From an uncultured bacterium (GTDB lineage Bacteria > Fidelibacterota > UBA2242 > JAFGTP01), in contig CAZCHS010000002.1 in the NCBI GenBank assembly GCA_964498725.1, forward strand, positions 513 to 64,512: DNA of 64,000 nt. The letters run 5' to 3'. Shown in pieces: positions 27,973-37,280 of the stretch. Within the stretch, counting starts at the first letter, position 1; each line of letters starts with the position of its first letter. A model generated the notes under the pieces. It was given only the letters and a program-made list of their open reading frames with translations. It had not been told where the DNA came from and searched no databases. The position numbers and the translations under genes are program-made.

Positions 27973-28764
27973 ATGAACCGGGATTATGATTTTGAAAATG
28001 ATAATGATGGCGGTGGAGAAAGTGCCGGTTGGTTAGCAACCTATGCTGATCTGGTAACCTTATTATTTGCCTTTTTTGTGTTACTTTTTGCCATGAGTAC
28101 TGTTGAGGAAGAGAAGTTTGAACAGTTAAAACTGACCCTCCAGGAAGCAATCGGAAAGCAGAATGTACCTGAAGCCGGTACCAGGGAAGGGCTATCCATG
28201 CGCGATGTTGAAAGCCAGACCGAGCCGGAAGCAGTCGATGAACTTGGCGGCATGATCCAGCCAAAAGAACAGGAAGAATTGGTTTCAAAGATTAAAGAAT
28301 TTATTTTAGTTAATGAATTAAGTGGCAAAGTCAGTGCGGAAAATACAGATGCCGGGGCTGTTATTACACTCTCTGATATGATATTGTACAATCCCGGCGA
28401 AGCAAATATTATAGCCGAAGGTCAGCAAACTATGAAAAAACTGAGCAGGATATTAAATCAATTTAGATACCGTGTAAAAATAATCGGTCACACCGACAAT
28501 ATTCCTGTCAGTAAAAGCAACCGCTATCATAATAATTGGGAATTATCAGCAGCAAGAGCTTGTGATATTGTCACTTTGTTAATTGAGGAAGGGATTGACC
28601 CAATCTTTTTGACGGCATCAGGCCGGGCCTCGGTTGAGCCCATCGCATCCAATGAAACTCCTGAGGGGCGCGCCCGTAATCGACGGGTAGAAATCATTTA
28701 TGAAAGGAGTCAGGTAACTCCTGACCAGGTACGAATACAAGAGGTGATCAATAAAACAAAATAA
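27973..28764 (+). CDS. motB: MotB-type stator protein with an OmpA-like peptidoglycan-binding domain
   Basis: 'WLATYADLVTLLFAFFVLLFAMS' (conserved channel Asp). C-terminal 'GHTDN...NWELSAARA...NRRVEI'. Confidence 0.85.
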   Translation: MNRDYDFENDNDGGGESAGWLATYADLVTLLFAFFVLLFAMSTVEEEKFEQLKLTLQEAIGKQNVPEAGTREGLSMRDVESQTEPEAVDELGGMIQPKEQEELVSKIKEFILVNELSGKVSAENTDAGAVITLSDMILYNPGEANIIAEGQQTMKKLSRILNQFRYRVKIIGHTDNIPVSKSNRYHNNWELSAARACDIVTLLIEEGIDPIFLTASGRASVEPIASNETPEGRARNRRVEIIYERSQVTPDQVRIQEVINKTK

Positions 28765-28789
28765 GTGGGGAATAAATCCTCAATCCTTT

Positions 28790-28811
28790 GGGGAATATAT
28801 CCCCAGATTTT
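28790..28811 (+). terminator. Weak candidate terminator after motB
   Basis: GGGGA / ATATA / TCCCC followed by AGATTTT. The stem is short. Confidence 0.3.
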
Positions 28812-28894
28812 AAAAAAGAAATCTGTTGCCTCCTCGTGAAAAATAAACGGCATATATATTGTTAAAAAGAGTCTTCAGTAACAGAGGAATGTAA

Positions 28895-29326
28895 ATGAAA
28901 TTTCTAATAATTGAAGATGAAATTATAATCGCTGATGACTTAAAGTTTACCGTTGAACAATGCGGACACAAAATTACCGGAATGGTTTTAGAAATTGAAG
29001 AAACTTTTAAAAATATTGATAAACATAAACCGGATTCAGTATTTATTGATATGGGGTTGAAAGGTGAATTTACAGGTGTTGAAGTCGCTGAAATGATCTA
29101 CAGAAAGTATGGTATTCGCGTTATCTTTTTAACTTCTTTCTTTCAAAAAGTCCCTGAAAAAGCACATTATTTAAATCCATACGGCTTTCTTATAAAACCG
29201 GTTATACGTGAAGAGATTCTCCAATTGATAGAGAAAATGAAAACGTCACAGCAACCAGCTAATGTAGTAGGGGAAGATAATCATTATCGACAAGAAACTT
29301 TTTACACCAAATTATACAATTTTTAA
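28895..29326 (+). CDS. Stand-alone CheY-like receiver protein
   Basis: 'KFLIIEDEIIIADD...DSVFIDMGL...VIFLTS', 143 aa, GAGGAA RBS. Confidence 0.8.
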   Translation: MKFLIIEDEIIIADDLKFTVEQCGHKITGMVLEIEETFKNIDKHKPDSVFIDMGLKGEFTGVEVAEMIYRKYGIRVIFLTSFFQKVPEKAHYLNPYGFLIKPVIREEILQLIEKMKTSQQPANVVGEDNHYRQETFYTKLYNF

Positions 29327-29345
29327 TTGGGTATATAACGGCAGA

Positions 29346-29380
29346 AAAAAGTGTTGGGGACTTCTCAGCACTTTTTTTTT
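29346..29380 (+). terminator. Rho-independent terminator
   Basis: AGTGTTGGGGA / CTTC region / TCTCAGCACT (with G-U pairs), followed by T9. Confidence 0.6.
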
Positions 29381-29432
29381 ATTCATTGGATTACTTAATA
29401 TATAATTTTATTTTTTCATAGATAACAAGAAA

Positions 29433-30056
29433 GTGATATCTATGTATAAAATAAGTAAAATAACAACAGATTTTTTCCAGGAAAATATTTGGTTTGTATC
29501 CAATGAGAAAACAGAAACAGTGATCATTGATCCCGGTGAAATTGAATTAGAACAAGTAACTTCCTTCCTGGATATCCACAAATTGAAACCAATTGCAATT
29601 TTGAATACCCATGGGCATCCTGATCATATTGCCGGTGCAGCTCTATTGCAGGAGCAGTATGGAATTCCCTTTTATATTCATGAACAGGAAAAATTTGTGC
29701 TTGATAATGTGCACACAATGGCGGCGATGGTCGGCATGACAGACCTGAAATTACCGGAAAACATATTATATATGAAAGGAAAGAAATTAAGAATTCAGGA
29801 TTTTAATTTTGAAATAATTAATACCCCCGGGCATACCCCCGGTAGTATTTGCATTAAATTTGGGCTGCATTTGATCAGCGGTGACACCCTGTTCAGAGGA
29901 TCCGTCGGGCGGGTCGATTTACCCGGTGGATCAATGGAGCAAATGAAAAAAAGCATCGAGATGTTAAAAAATCTTGATCACAATATAAATGTTTATCCTG
30001 GGCATGGGCCCTGCACGACGATTGCGGAAGAAATTAACCATAATCCTTATTTCTGA
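29433..30056 (+). CDS. MBL-fold metallo-hydrolase (glyoxalase II-like)
   Basis: 'NTHGHPDHIAGA' HxHxDH motif, later 'TPGHTPGS' and 'GDTLF'. Alternative ATG start at 29442. Confidence 0.8.
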   Translation: MISMYKISKITTDFFQENIWFVSNEKTETVIIDPGEIELEQVTSFLDIHKLKPIAILNTHGHPDHIAGAALLQEQYGIPFYIHEQEKFVLDNVHTMAAMVGMTDLKLPENILYMKGKKLRIQDFNFEIINTPGHTPGSICIKFGLHLISGDTLFRGSVGRVDLPGGSMEQMKKSIEMLKNLDHNINVYPGHGPCTTIAEEINHNPYF

Positions 30057-30062
30057 TAAATT

Positions 30063-31463
30063 ATGCATTCCAGTGAGAAAAAAAATATTGAAGATGATTT
30101 TCTGAATTTTTGTGAATCGGAAAATCTGTTATTCCCTTCGCAGCATATCCTTGTTTGTGTGTCCGGTGGTGTTGATTCAATGGTATTATTACATTTGCTA
30201 TGGAAATTTAAAGTATCTTTTAAGTACACTCTTTCCGCGGCGCATTTTAATCATTTAACCCGTAATGGAGCCTCTGATGATGATGAGAAGTTAGTGCGGA
30301 ATTATTGCCATCAAATTGATACCAACCTATATACAGAGCGTGCCGATGTCGAAACATTAGCCCGGAAAATGGGCATTTCTTTCGAGATGGCCGGCCGGCG
30401 GCTTAGGTATCAGTTTTTTGAGAAAACAGCCCGCGAAATCGGTAATGCCACCATTGCAACCGCTCATATTCAAAGTGATAATACGGAAACTATTTTGATG
30501 CGGATGATCAATGGTACAGGACTGCACGGACTGACTGGTATTGAAGTAAAACGGAAAAATATTATTCGTCCCCTCATGTTTGCGCAAAAAGCCAATCTCT
30601 ATCAATATGCGGAAATTAATAAAATCCCTTATCATGATGACCATACCAATTTTGAAAATGAGGGTCAGAGAAATGTCATTCGCAACACAATTTTACCGGA
30701 AATTCGTAAACATTTAAATCCTAATATTGACAATAATATGGATAATTTTTCAAAAATAATTCTGGAATATTTATCCTTTATAAAAAAGATTGTCAGGAAA
30801 CAGTTTTTCCAATGCGCTGGCAAAATTACTGCCTGTTATTTGGAATTTGATATTGAAAAATTGAAAAATCTGGAATCCATTATTCGAAAAGAGATGCTGC
30901 TGGCGGGATTTCATGAAATTGACAATAAAATTAATAATTATCCGTCGTTTCATTATATGCAAAGGATTGAAGACCTGATCTTTTCATCGGATACCGGCCG
31001 TTATATTGAGCCTTATAAAAATGTCATTGTGCTGGTGAACCGTGAAAAATTAATCATTCTGAACAAAAAAAACATTGCCTGGGAGGAGCTGGAAATAAGA
31101 CCCGGAAAAATTTATACTCGGGATTCTTTCATATTTTCATCTAAATTTATTAAGTTTGAGGACTTTATCAGTATTAATAATTCAAGGTCTGTTGAATATA
31201 TTGATGCTGATAAAATTAGTGGAAAATTAAGATTAAGACATTGGCAGCAGGGGGATAATTTTTCACCCCTGGGTAGCCAGTTTAAGAAAAAATTAAGTGA
31301 TTTTTTTATTGATAATAAAATCCCAAGGTTTTTAAAGGACCACATTCCGATTTTATGGGATGAAGAGAAAATTATATGGGTTTGCGGTATGCAGATCAGT
31401 GACGATGTAAAAATTACAAAAAAGACGAGAAAAATATTAAAATTAGAATATAAGGAACTCTGA
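30063..31463 (+). CDS. tilS: tRNA(Ile)-lysidine synthase
   Basis: PP-loop 'VCVSGGVDSMVLLHLL'. Conserved position upstream of hpt-ftsH. Confidence 0.9.
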   Translation: MHSSEKKNIEDDFLNFCESENLLFPSQHILVCVSGGVDSMVLLHLLWKFKVSFKYTLSAAHFNHLTRNGASDDDEKLVRNYCHQIDTNLYTERADVETLARKMGISFEMAGRRLRYQFFEKTAREIGNATIATAHIQSDNTETILMRMINGTGLHGLTGIEVKRKNIIRPLMFAQKANLYQYAEINKIPYHDDHTNFENEGQRNVIRNTILPEIRKHLNPNIDNNMDNFSKIILEYLSFIKKIVRKQFFQCAGKITACYLEFDIEKLKNLESIIRKEMLLAGFHEIDNKINNYPSFHYMQRIEDLIFSSDTGRYIEPYKNVIVLVNREKLIILNKKNIAWEELEIRPGKIYTRDSFIFSSKFIKFEDFISINNSRSVEYIDADKISGKLRLRHWQQGDNFSPLGSQFKKKLSDFFIDNKIPRFLKDHIPILWDEEKIIWVCGMQISDDVKITKKTRKILKLEYKEL

Positions 31464-31464
31464 A

Positions 31465-32025
31465 ATGCCAAAAGATATCGTGCTTAATGAAAATTATGGA
31501 GAGTTTTCCGGTCGAAGACTTTCGGTGTTGATATCCGAAGAAAAAATAAGAGCAAGAGTAAAAGAACTGGCGGCCAAAATTAGCAAGGACTATAAAGGTA
31601 AAATACCTATTATTATTGGAGTACTGAATGGTAGTTTTATATTTTTTGCTGATTTATTTCGCGAACTGGATCTGGATGCGGAAGTTGATTTTATCAAAAT
31701 ATCCTCTTATCAGAATAAAACCAAATCCAGCGGAACTGTTCGTCTGTTAAAAGATATAAGTTGTGACATAACCGGACGCGATGTGTTGGTTGTGGAGGAT
31801 ATTATAGACACCGGCCTCTCTATGAAATTTCTCAAACATCGCATGGAAGAGAGTGGCACTAGTTCCGTCCGCTTCGTAACGCTTTTGACAAAAGAGTATA
31901 CCAAAACACCGGAACCTATCGACTATATCGGCTTTACAGTACCGGATAAATATGTCGTGGGATACGGACTGGACCTGGCCCAAAATTTGAGAAATCTTAA
32001 AGCAATTTATTCTGTGGATATATAA
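31465..32025 (+). CDS. hpt: Hypoxanthine phosphoribosyltransferase
   Basis: PRPP-binding loop 'VLVVEDIIDTGLSM'; 186 aa. Confidence 0.9.
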   Translation: MPKDIVLNENYGEFSGRRLSVLISEEKIRARVKELAAKISKDYKGKIPIIIGVLNGSFIFFADLFRELDLDAEVDFIKISSYQNKTKSSGTVRLLKDISCDITGRDVLVVEDIIDTGLSMKFLKHRMEESGTSSVRFVTLLTKEYTKTPEPIDYIGFTVPDKYVVGYGLDLAQNLRNLKAIYSVDI

Positions 32026-32040
32026 TAAAAAGGAAAATGA

Positions 32041-34116
32041 ATGAGCGATAACAAAAAAAATAAAAAACCAAATAAAGACAATAAAAAACCTGACAAAAAT
32101 AATGATTTTAAATGGAAGCAAGCCTCGAAAACTTCCATGATGTGGCTGATTATTATTGTCAGTACGATTATTTTATTCGGAATTTTGGGTAAATCTCCAG
32201 GTGAAGAAGTAAAGTTTACATACACCCAATATGCGCAACAATTAGAACAGGGTAATATAAAATCCATCCTTGTGGTAGACAAAGAACTTCACGGTGAATT
32301 GGTCAATAAGATCACTATCAACATCGGCGGACGGGAATTGGAAGTTAAGAAGTTTGTGATAACATTGCCATTCATCGACAGTGATATGTTGAATGAATGG
32401 AAAGCCAAAGGGATAGAAATAAATTTTAAGCAGGATAATAGTGAATGGACTGCTTATCTGTTGAATTTTTTACCCTGGCTTTTGATTATTGGTGTTTGGA
32501 TCTTTATTATTCGCCGTATGCAAGGCAATAATAACAAGGGCGTTTTTGGGTTTGGTAAAAGTAAGGCAAAACTTTGGACGGCCGACACACCAAAAGTAAC
32601 ATTTAATAATGTTGCCGGCTGCCAGGAAGCCAAAGAAGAATTGGAAGAAGTGATCGAATTTTTGAAATCACCTGAAAAGTTTTCTAAACTGGGTGGTAAA
32701 ATACCGAAAGGTGCCTTATTACTGGGACCTCCGGGAACAGGAAAAACCTTGTTGGCTAAAGCTGTGGCCGGAGAAGCAGGTGTGCCTTTCTTCAGTATCA
32801 GCGGTGCGGAATTTGTTGAAATGTTTGTCGGTGTGGGTGCCTCCCGTGTCCGTGATCTTTTTCAGCAAGGAAAGAAAAATGCGCCCTGTATTATATTTAT
32901 TGATGAAATTGATGCAGTCGGACGTCATCGCGGTGCCGGACTCGGTGGCGGACATGACGAACGTGAACAAACGCTGAACCAGTTACTGGTTGAGATGGAT
33001 GGATTTGATGAGAATACAAATATTATCATTATAGCCGCTACCAACCGGCCTGACGTACTGGATAATGCTTTATTGCGGCCCGGACGCTTTGACCGCCAGA
33101 TTATAGTGGACTCACCGGATGTCAATGGACGCGCCGGTATTTTAGAAGTTCATACCAAAGAAATTCCACTGGATAATGATGTGAATCTTAAGGTAATAGC
33201 AAGGGGAACTCCCGGGCTTGTAGGTGCTGATCTGGCGAATCTTGTCAATGAGGCCGCATTACTGGCTGCCCGGCGTGGCAAGGACAAAGTTCAGGACATT
33301 GATTTTGAAGATGCCAAAGATAAAGTCATGATGGGAAAGGAACGCAAGAGTATGGTTATTAGTGAGGAAGAACGCAAATTGACGGCCTATCATGAAGCCG
33401 GACATGTGCTGGTGGCGCTGAATATACCCGAAGCTGATCCGATCCACAAAGTGACCATTATTCCCCGTGGCCGGGCTATGGGCGTAACACACCAATTGCC
33501 CCTGGATGACCGGCATAATTACTCCAGAAGTTATATTAAGGGACGTCTGGGAATATTGCTTGGTGGCCGGGCTGCCGAACAAATGGTTTTCAATGACCTC
33601 TCCACAGGTGCCGGCAATGATATTGAAAGAGCCACCGGTATGGCACGAAAAATGGTTTGTGAATGGGGAATGAGTGAAAAACTCGGACCACTTACCTTTG
33701 GCAAAAAACAGGAAGAAATATTTTTAGGCAGAGAAATCTCTCAGCACCGTGATTTTAGCGAGGAGACTGCGAAAGTCATTGACCAGGAAGTACGAAAAAT
33801 TGTTGAAGAAGCCCAACGGCAAGCAGTAGAAATTCTGAAAGAAAGACGTGAAGAACTGGAATTGCTGGCCCAGGCTCTGTTAGAACACGAGATACTGGAT
33901 GCCGATGAAATTAAAAAGGTCGTTAATGGTGAAAAAGTAGCGATGAAGCCTGAGGAAAAACTACAAAACAACCAGCCTGATGATATAAAGTCAAAAGAAG
34001 AATCAGGAAAAAATACGGAAAATACTGATGATAATGAGAAACCGGCATCAGAAGAAAATGTAGACAAAAAGGACAGAGATAAAACAGGTGATGCTAAGAC
34101 AACTGACGATAAATGA
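32041..34116 (+). CDS. ftsH: ATP-dependent zinc metalloprotease FtsH
   Basis: Walker A '[17 protein letters not shown]', SRH region, 'HEAGH' zinc site. Lys-rich N-terminal and acidic/Lys-rich C-terminal tails. Confidence 0.97.
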   Translation: MSDNKKNKKPNKDNKKPDKNNDFKWKQASKTSMMWLIIIVSTIILFGILGKSPGEEVKFTYTQYAQQLEQGNIKSILVVDKELHGELVNKITINIGGRELEVKKFVITLPFIDSDMLNEWKAKGIEINFKQDNSEWTAYLLNFLPWLLIIGVWIFIIRRMQGNNNKGVFGFGKSKAKLWTADTPKVTFNNVAGCQEAKEELEEVIEFLKSPEKFSKLGGKIPKGALLLGPPGTGKTLLAKAVAGEAGVPFFSISGAEFVEMFVGVGASRVRDLFQQGKKNAPCIIFIDEIDAVGRHRGAGLGGGHDEREQTLNQLLVEMDGFDENTNIIIIAATNRPDVLDNALLRPGRFDRQIIVDSPDVNGRAGILEVHTKEIPLDNDVNLKVIARGTPGLVGADLANLVNEAALLAARRGKDKVQDIDFEDAKDKVMMGKERKSMVISEEERKLTAYHEAGHVLVALNIPEADPIHKVTIIPRGRAMGVTHQLPLDDRHNYSRSYIKGRLGILLGGRAAEQMVFNDLSTGAGNDIERATGMARKMVCEWGMSEKLGPLTFGKKQEEIFLGREISQHRDFSEETAKVIDQEVRKIVEEAQRQAVEILKERREELELLAQALLEHEILDADEIKKVVNGEKVAMKPEEKLQNNQPDDIKSKEESGKNTENTDDNEKPASEENVDKKDRDKTGDAKTTDDK

Positions 34117-35281
34117 TAAAAACCAGTTAAAACTGGAAATGGCGGGGTGCCAGGTGGATCCGGCAGGAATCAATATTATGCTGGGAAAAGGTGAATTTAT
34201 TATCCTGAAAACTTCGCCGCTGCCACCTGCCGGCTGTAATATTCTAAAACAGCAAATGCTATCAGTCGGGGGCGAAGCAGCCGTTTCAAAAGGCGCTGCT
34301 AATTGTTCGATCGATTCTAAACCGGCAATCATTTTTGGTACGCGGAAACAATTTAAACAACTGGTCGCCGGACTGGATTACCAATGCTTTGGACTGGAGC
34401 GTTTGCAGCAGGAATTGAAAGAATTTCTTAGTAAAAACTCTGCGACGATTTTTGAAGTGGGAGAGCAGCGGTTTGATTTGTCAAAAAAAACCTTGATCAT
34501 GGGGATTTTGAATGTAACACCGGACTCTTTTTCAGATGGCGGTCATTATTCCGGCGGGGAAAAGGCTTACAGCCATGCGATGGAGATGATTGAGCAAAGT
34601 GCTGATATTATTGATATCGGCGGTGAGTCCACTCGTCCCGGAGCAGCAGAAGTTGATCTAAAAACGGAGCTATCCCGTGTCATTCCGGTGATTGAAAAAA
34701 TCAGACAAAAAAGTGATATACCAATCTCAATTGATACTTACAAAAGTGAAGTGGCGGAAAAAGCGCTGGCTGCCGGCGCCGATATTGTCAATGATATCAG
34801 TGGCCTGAATTTCGACGAGAAAATGGCCGGGGTTATTGCAAAAAATAAGGCATCTGCGGTTCTGATGCACATACAGGGAACACCCCAAAATATGCAAAAA
34901 AAACCGGTCTATGAAAATATGATCGATGAAATTTTGACATACCTTTGTAAATCTGCCGGAAAGTTAAGAAATTTGGGAGTTGATAAGACCAAAATTGTTT
35001 TGGACCCGGGAATCGGGTTCGGTAAGCCCTGGCGAAGAAATTACGATATAATTCGTTATTTGAAAGAATTGAAAAGTGCCGGGTATCCATTATTGGTTGG
35101 CCCTTCACGAAAATCTTTTATTGGTAATTTGCTGGACCTGCCTGTTGATGAACGACTGGAAGGTACACTGGCTGCGATAACAGCATCAATTCTGCATGGA
35201 GCGGACATTGTTCGTGTTCATGATGTCAAAGAAACTTTCCGGGCTGTCAGGGTGGCGGATGAAATCATTGGAAAGAAATAA
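34088..35281 (+). CDS. folP: Dihydropteroate synthase with a ~140-aa N-terminal extension
   Basis: 'GILNVTPDSFSDGG' and 'DIGGESTRPG' begin only around residue 148. Start uncertain: GTG 34088, ATG 34091 or ATG 34139. Confidence 0.88.
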   Translation: MMLRQLTINDKNQLKLEMAGCQVDPAGINIMLGKGEFIILKTSPLPPAGCNILKQQMLSVGGEAAVSKGAANCSIDSKPAIIFGTRKQFKQLVAGLDYQCFGLERLQQELKEFLSKNSATIFEVGEQRFDLSKKTLIMGILNVTPDSFSDGGHYSGGEKAYSHAMEMIEQSADIIDIGGESTRPGAAEVDLKTELSRVIPVIEKIRQKSDIPISIDTYKSEVAEKALAAGADIVNDISGLNFDEKMAGVIAKNKASAVLMHIQGTPQNMQKKPVYENMIDEILTYLCKSAGKLRNLGVDKTKIVLDPGIGFGKPWRRNYDIIRYLKELKSAGYPLLVGPSRKSFIGNLLDLPVDERLEGTLAAITASILHGADIVRVHDVKETFRAVRVADEIIGKK

Positions 35282-35283
35282 AC

Positions 35284-36051
35284 ATGGAATTGTTCACCTA
35301 TAAATTTATAACAGTTACAATTTGGGATATTCTGGATATTGTTCTGGTCTATTTTATTTTTTTGTATCTGTATAAATTTTTTAGGGATTCAAGGGCCGGT
35401 CAAATGATCATTGGCCTCATCATCATATTTTTGTTGTCCTTTATTTCCAATATTTTAAACCTGCAATCCATCTCCTTTTTAATGGGAAATTTAAGGACTA
35501 TTTGGGTGATTGCCTTTGTGATCATTTTTCAGCCGGAATTGCGGCGGATTTTGATCAATGTGGGGCAAAGCCGGTTCTTCGGACAGTTCACCCATAAGCA
35601 GAAATCCCGGTTGATCGAAGAGATCATCGATACCGCTCTGGAACTTTCGCGACGAAAATGGGGCGGGCTGATTGTGCTTTCCAAAGAAAATATGCTGAAA
35701 ACCATCAAGGAACAGGGGACGGAAATGAATGCTAAAGTCAGTTCCAATTTGATGGTATCGATATTCAATCCCGAATCACCTCTGCATGACGGTGCAATAT
35801 TGATCCAGAATAATATGATCGAGGCTGCCGGATGTATACTGCCCCTTTCCCAGAATCCTGACTTGACACAGATGGCGGGAACCCGCCATCGCGCCGCACT
35901 CGGCCTGTCAGAAGAATCTGATGCGGTAATTGTCGTCGTTAGTGAGGAAACACAAAAAATTTCTGTGGCTTATGAAGGCATGTTTTACCGTAATCTTAAT
36001 GAAGATACTCTGCGCGGATTTTTGAATAAACTTTTCTTTAGTGATAAATAA
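35284..36051 (+). CDS. cdaA: Diadenylate cyclase CdaA (membrane-anchored DAC domain)
   Basis: Three N-terminal TM helices, 'HDGAILIQ', 'GTRHRAALGLSEESDAVIVVVSEETQKIS'. Confidence 0.9.
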   Translation: MELFTYKFITVTIWDILDIVLVYFIFLYLYKFFRDSRAGQMIIGLIIIFLLSFISNILNLQSISFLMGNLRTIWVIAFVIIFQPELRRILINVGQSRFFGQFTHKQKSRLIEEIIDTALELSRRKWGGLIVLSKENMLKTIKEQGTEMNAKVSSNLMVSIFNPESPLHDGAILIQNNMIEAAGCILPLSQNPDLTQMAGTRHRAALGLSEESDAVIVVVSEETQKISVAYEGMFYRNLNEDTLRGFLNKLFFSDK

Positions 36052-36245
36052 TTTAATTAAACCACTTTTGCTCAGTTGGTTAGTTAAATTATTGAAATTC
36101 TGCTATGGCATAAAAAAATATCTTCATAAGATGTTTGCAAATTTGTCTTTTAAAGTTCAAATTATGAGGCTTTTTGTAAAGGTTTAAAATTATTAATTAA
36201 CCATGTTGACTGTTTTAATTTATTTAGAAATATTGATATTGATAA

Positions 36246-36770
36246 TTGAAAGTGAATAAGAAAAATCTATATAAAACAATCCTTTGCTGTATAATGTTTT
36301 TGAAAATATTGTTCAGTCAACAAGGGCAGTCAAATAATTTTACACCGCATGTGAGAGGTTTTAAAGTAGTTGCCCAGCGGGATTCTGCTTTTTTGTATAA
36401 TGAAAATCACAAAATCAGTATTTGGGGTGAAGTTCATAATCCCGGTGTTTATATTGTGCCGAAATATGCCGGCCTGATCGACATTATTTCATTGGCCGGC
36501 GGGCCAAAAGCCGCAGCTGATTTGAGTAAAATCGAATTGATTGGGGAAGTTCAAAATTTAAAAAGTAATGAAAAGATACTTCAACAAATTATTAATTTGG
36601 AGTATTTCCTGCAAAAAGGTAAATTTAGAACTGAACCAAAAATCGGGAATGACATGGTAATAGTCATTCCGAAAACAAGAAATCGTCAGTTTTTTGATAA
36701 TTTACCGAAAATTTTAAATGTATTAAATATCGTGTCCGTGAGTATTTTGATTTATTCATGGATTACTTAA
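36246..36770 (+). CDS. Small SLBB (soluble-ligand-binding beta-grasp) domain protein with signal peptide and C-terminal TM
   Basis: 'ISIWGEVHNPGVYIVPKYAGLIDIISLAGGP' is the SLBB pattern seen in Wza/polysaccharide-export proteins. TTG/GTG start is uncertain. Confidence 0.5.
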   Translation: MKVNKKNLYKTILCCIMFLKILFSQQGQSNNFTPHVRGFKVVAQRDSAFLYNENHKISIWGEVHNPGVYIVPKYAGLIDIISLAGGPKAAADLSKIELIGEVQNLKSNEKILQQIINLEYFLQKGKFRTEPKIGNDMVIVIPKTRNRQFFDNLPKILNVLNIVSVSILIYSWIT

Positions 36771-36811
36771 ATAAATTTAATCAAAAAAAAAGAACAGGAG
36801 TTCAATTGAAG

Positions 36812-37273
36812 ATGGATAAAATCGATGTTCAAATTTTGGATATTTTGCAGAGAGAAGGAAGAATTCAAAGAAATAAAATCGCTGAACAGGTTGGATTAAC
36901 AATTCCGGCGGTCAGTGAAAGAATGCGAAAACTGGAACAGAAAGGCATTATCAGCGGATATCACGCCAAGGTAAACAATTCTAAAATTGGCAAAGATGTG
37001 ACAGCCTTTGTTTTTGTCATTACAACTCCGTCAAAAAATTATAACAGTTTTGTAGATAACACTCACAAAGTCAGTGATATAATCGAATGTCATTCCATTA
37101 CCGGTGAAGGATCGCATCTTTTGAAAATTCAGACACAAAACACCATGACGCTGGAAAAATTACTGTCTGATATTCAGTCCTGGGATGGTGTGTTGCAGAC
37201 CAGAACTTATATTGCTCTTTCCAGTTACAAAGAATTTTCATCCTTATTGCCCTCGGAAGATTTAATTAAATAA
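36812..37273 (+). CDS. Lrp/AsnC-family transcriptional regulator
   Basis: 'MDKIDVQILDILQREGRIQRNKIAEQVGLTIPAVSERMRKLEQKGII'. The ATG at 36812 follows AGGAG. The track ORF starts at 36758, inside the previous gene. Confidence 0.85.
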   Translation: MDKIDVQILDILQREGRIQRNKIAEQVGLTIPAVSERMRKLEQKGIISGYHAKVNNSKIGKDVTAFVFVITTPSKNYNSFVDNTHKVSDIIECHSITGEGSHLLKIQTQNTMTLEKLLSDIQSWDGVLQTRTYIALSSYKEFSSLLPSEDLIK

Positions 37274-37280
37274 GGTCAAA

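Noticed and set aside
27195-28764. MotA/MotB pair as a Zorya-type (ZorAB) anti-phage module
   Set aside because: MotA is a standard 258-aa stator subunit without the long C-terminal tail of ZorA. No ZorC/D/E-like genes are nearby. The neighbours are signalling genes.
32041-34116. Lys/Asn-rich N-terminus and Lys/Glu/Asp-rich C-terminus of FtsH, and the Gln-rich DnaK tail, as repeats or insertions
   Set aside because: These are low-complexity tails, common in these proteins. I see no nucleotide-level tandem repeat.
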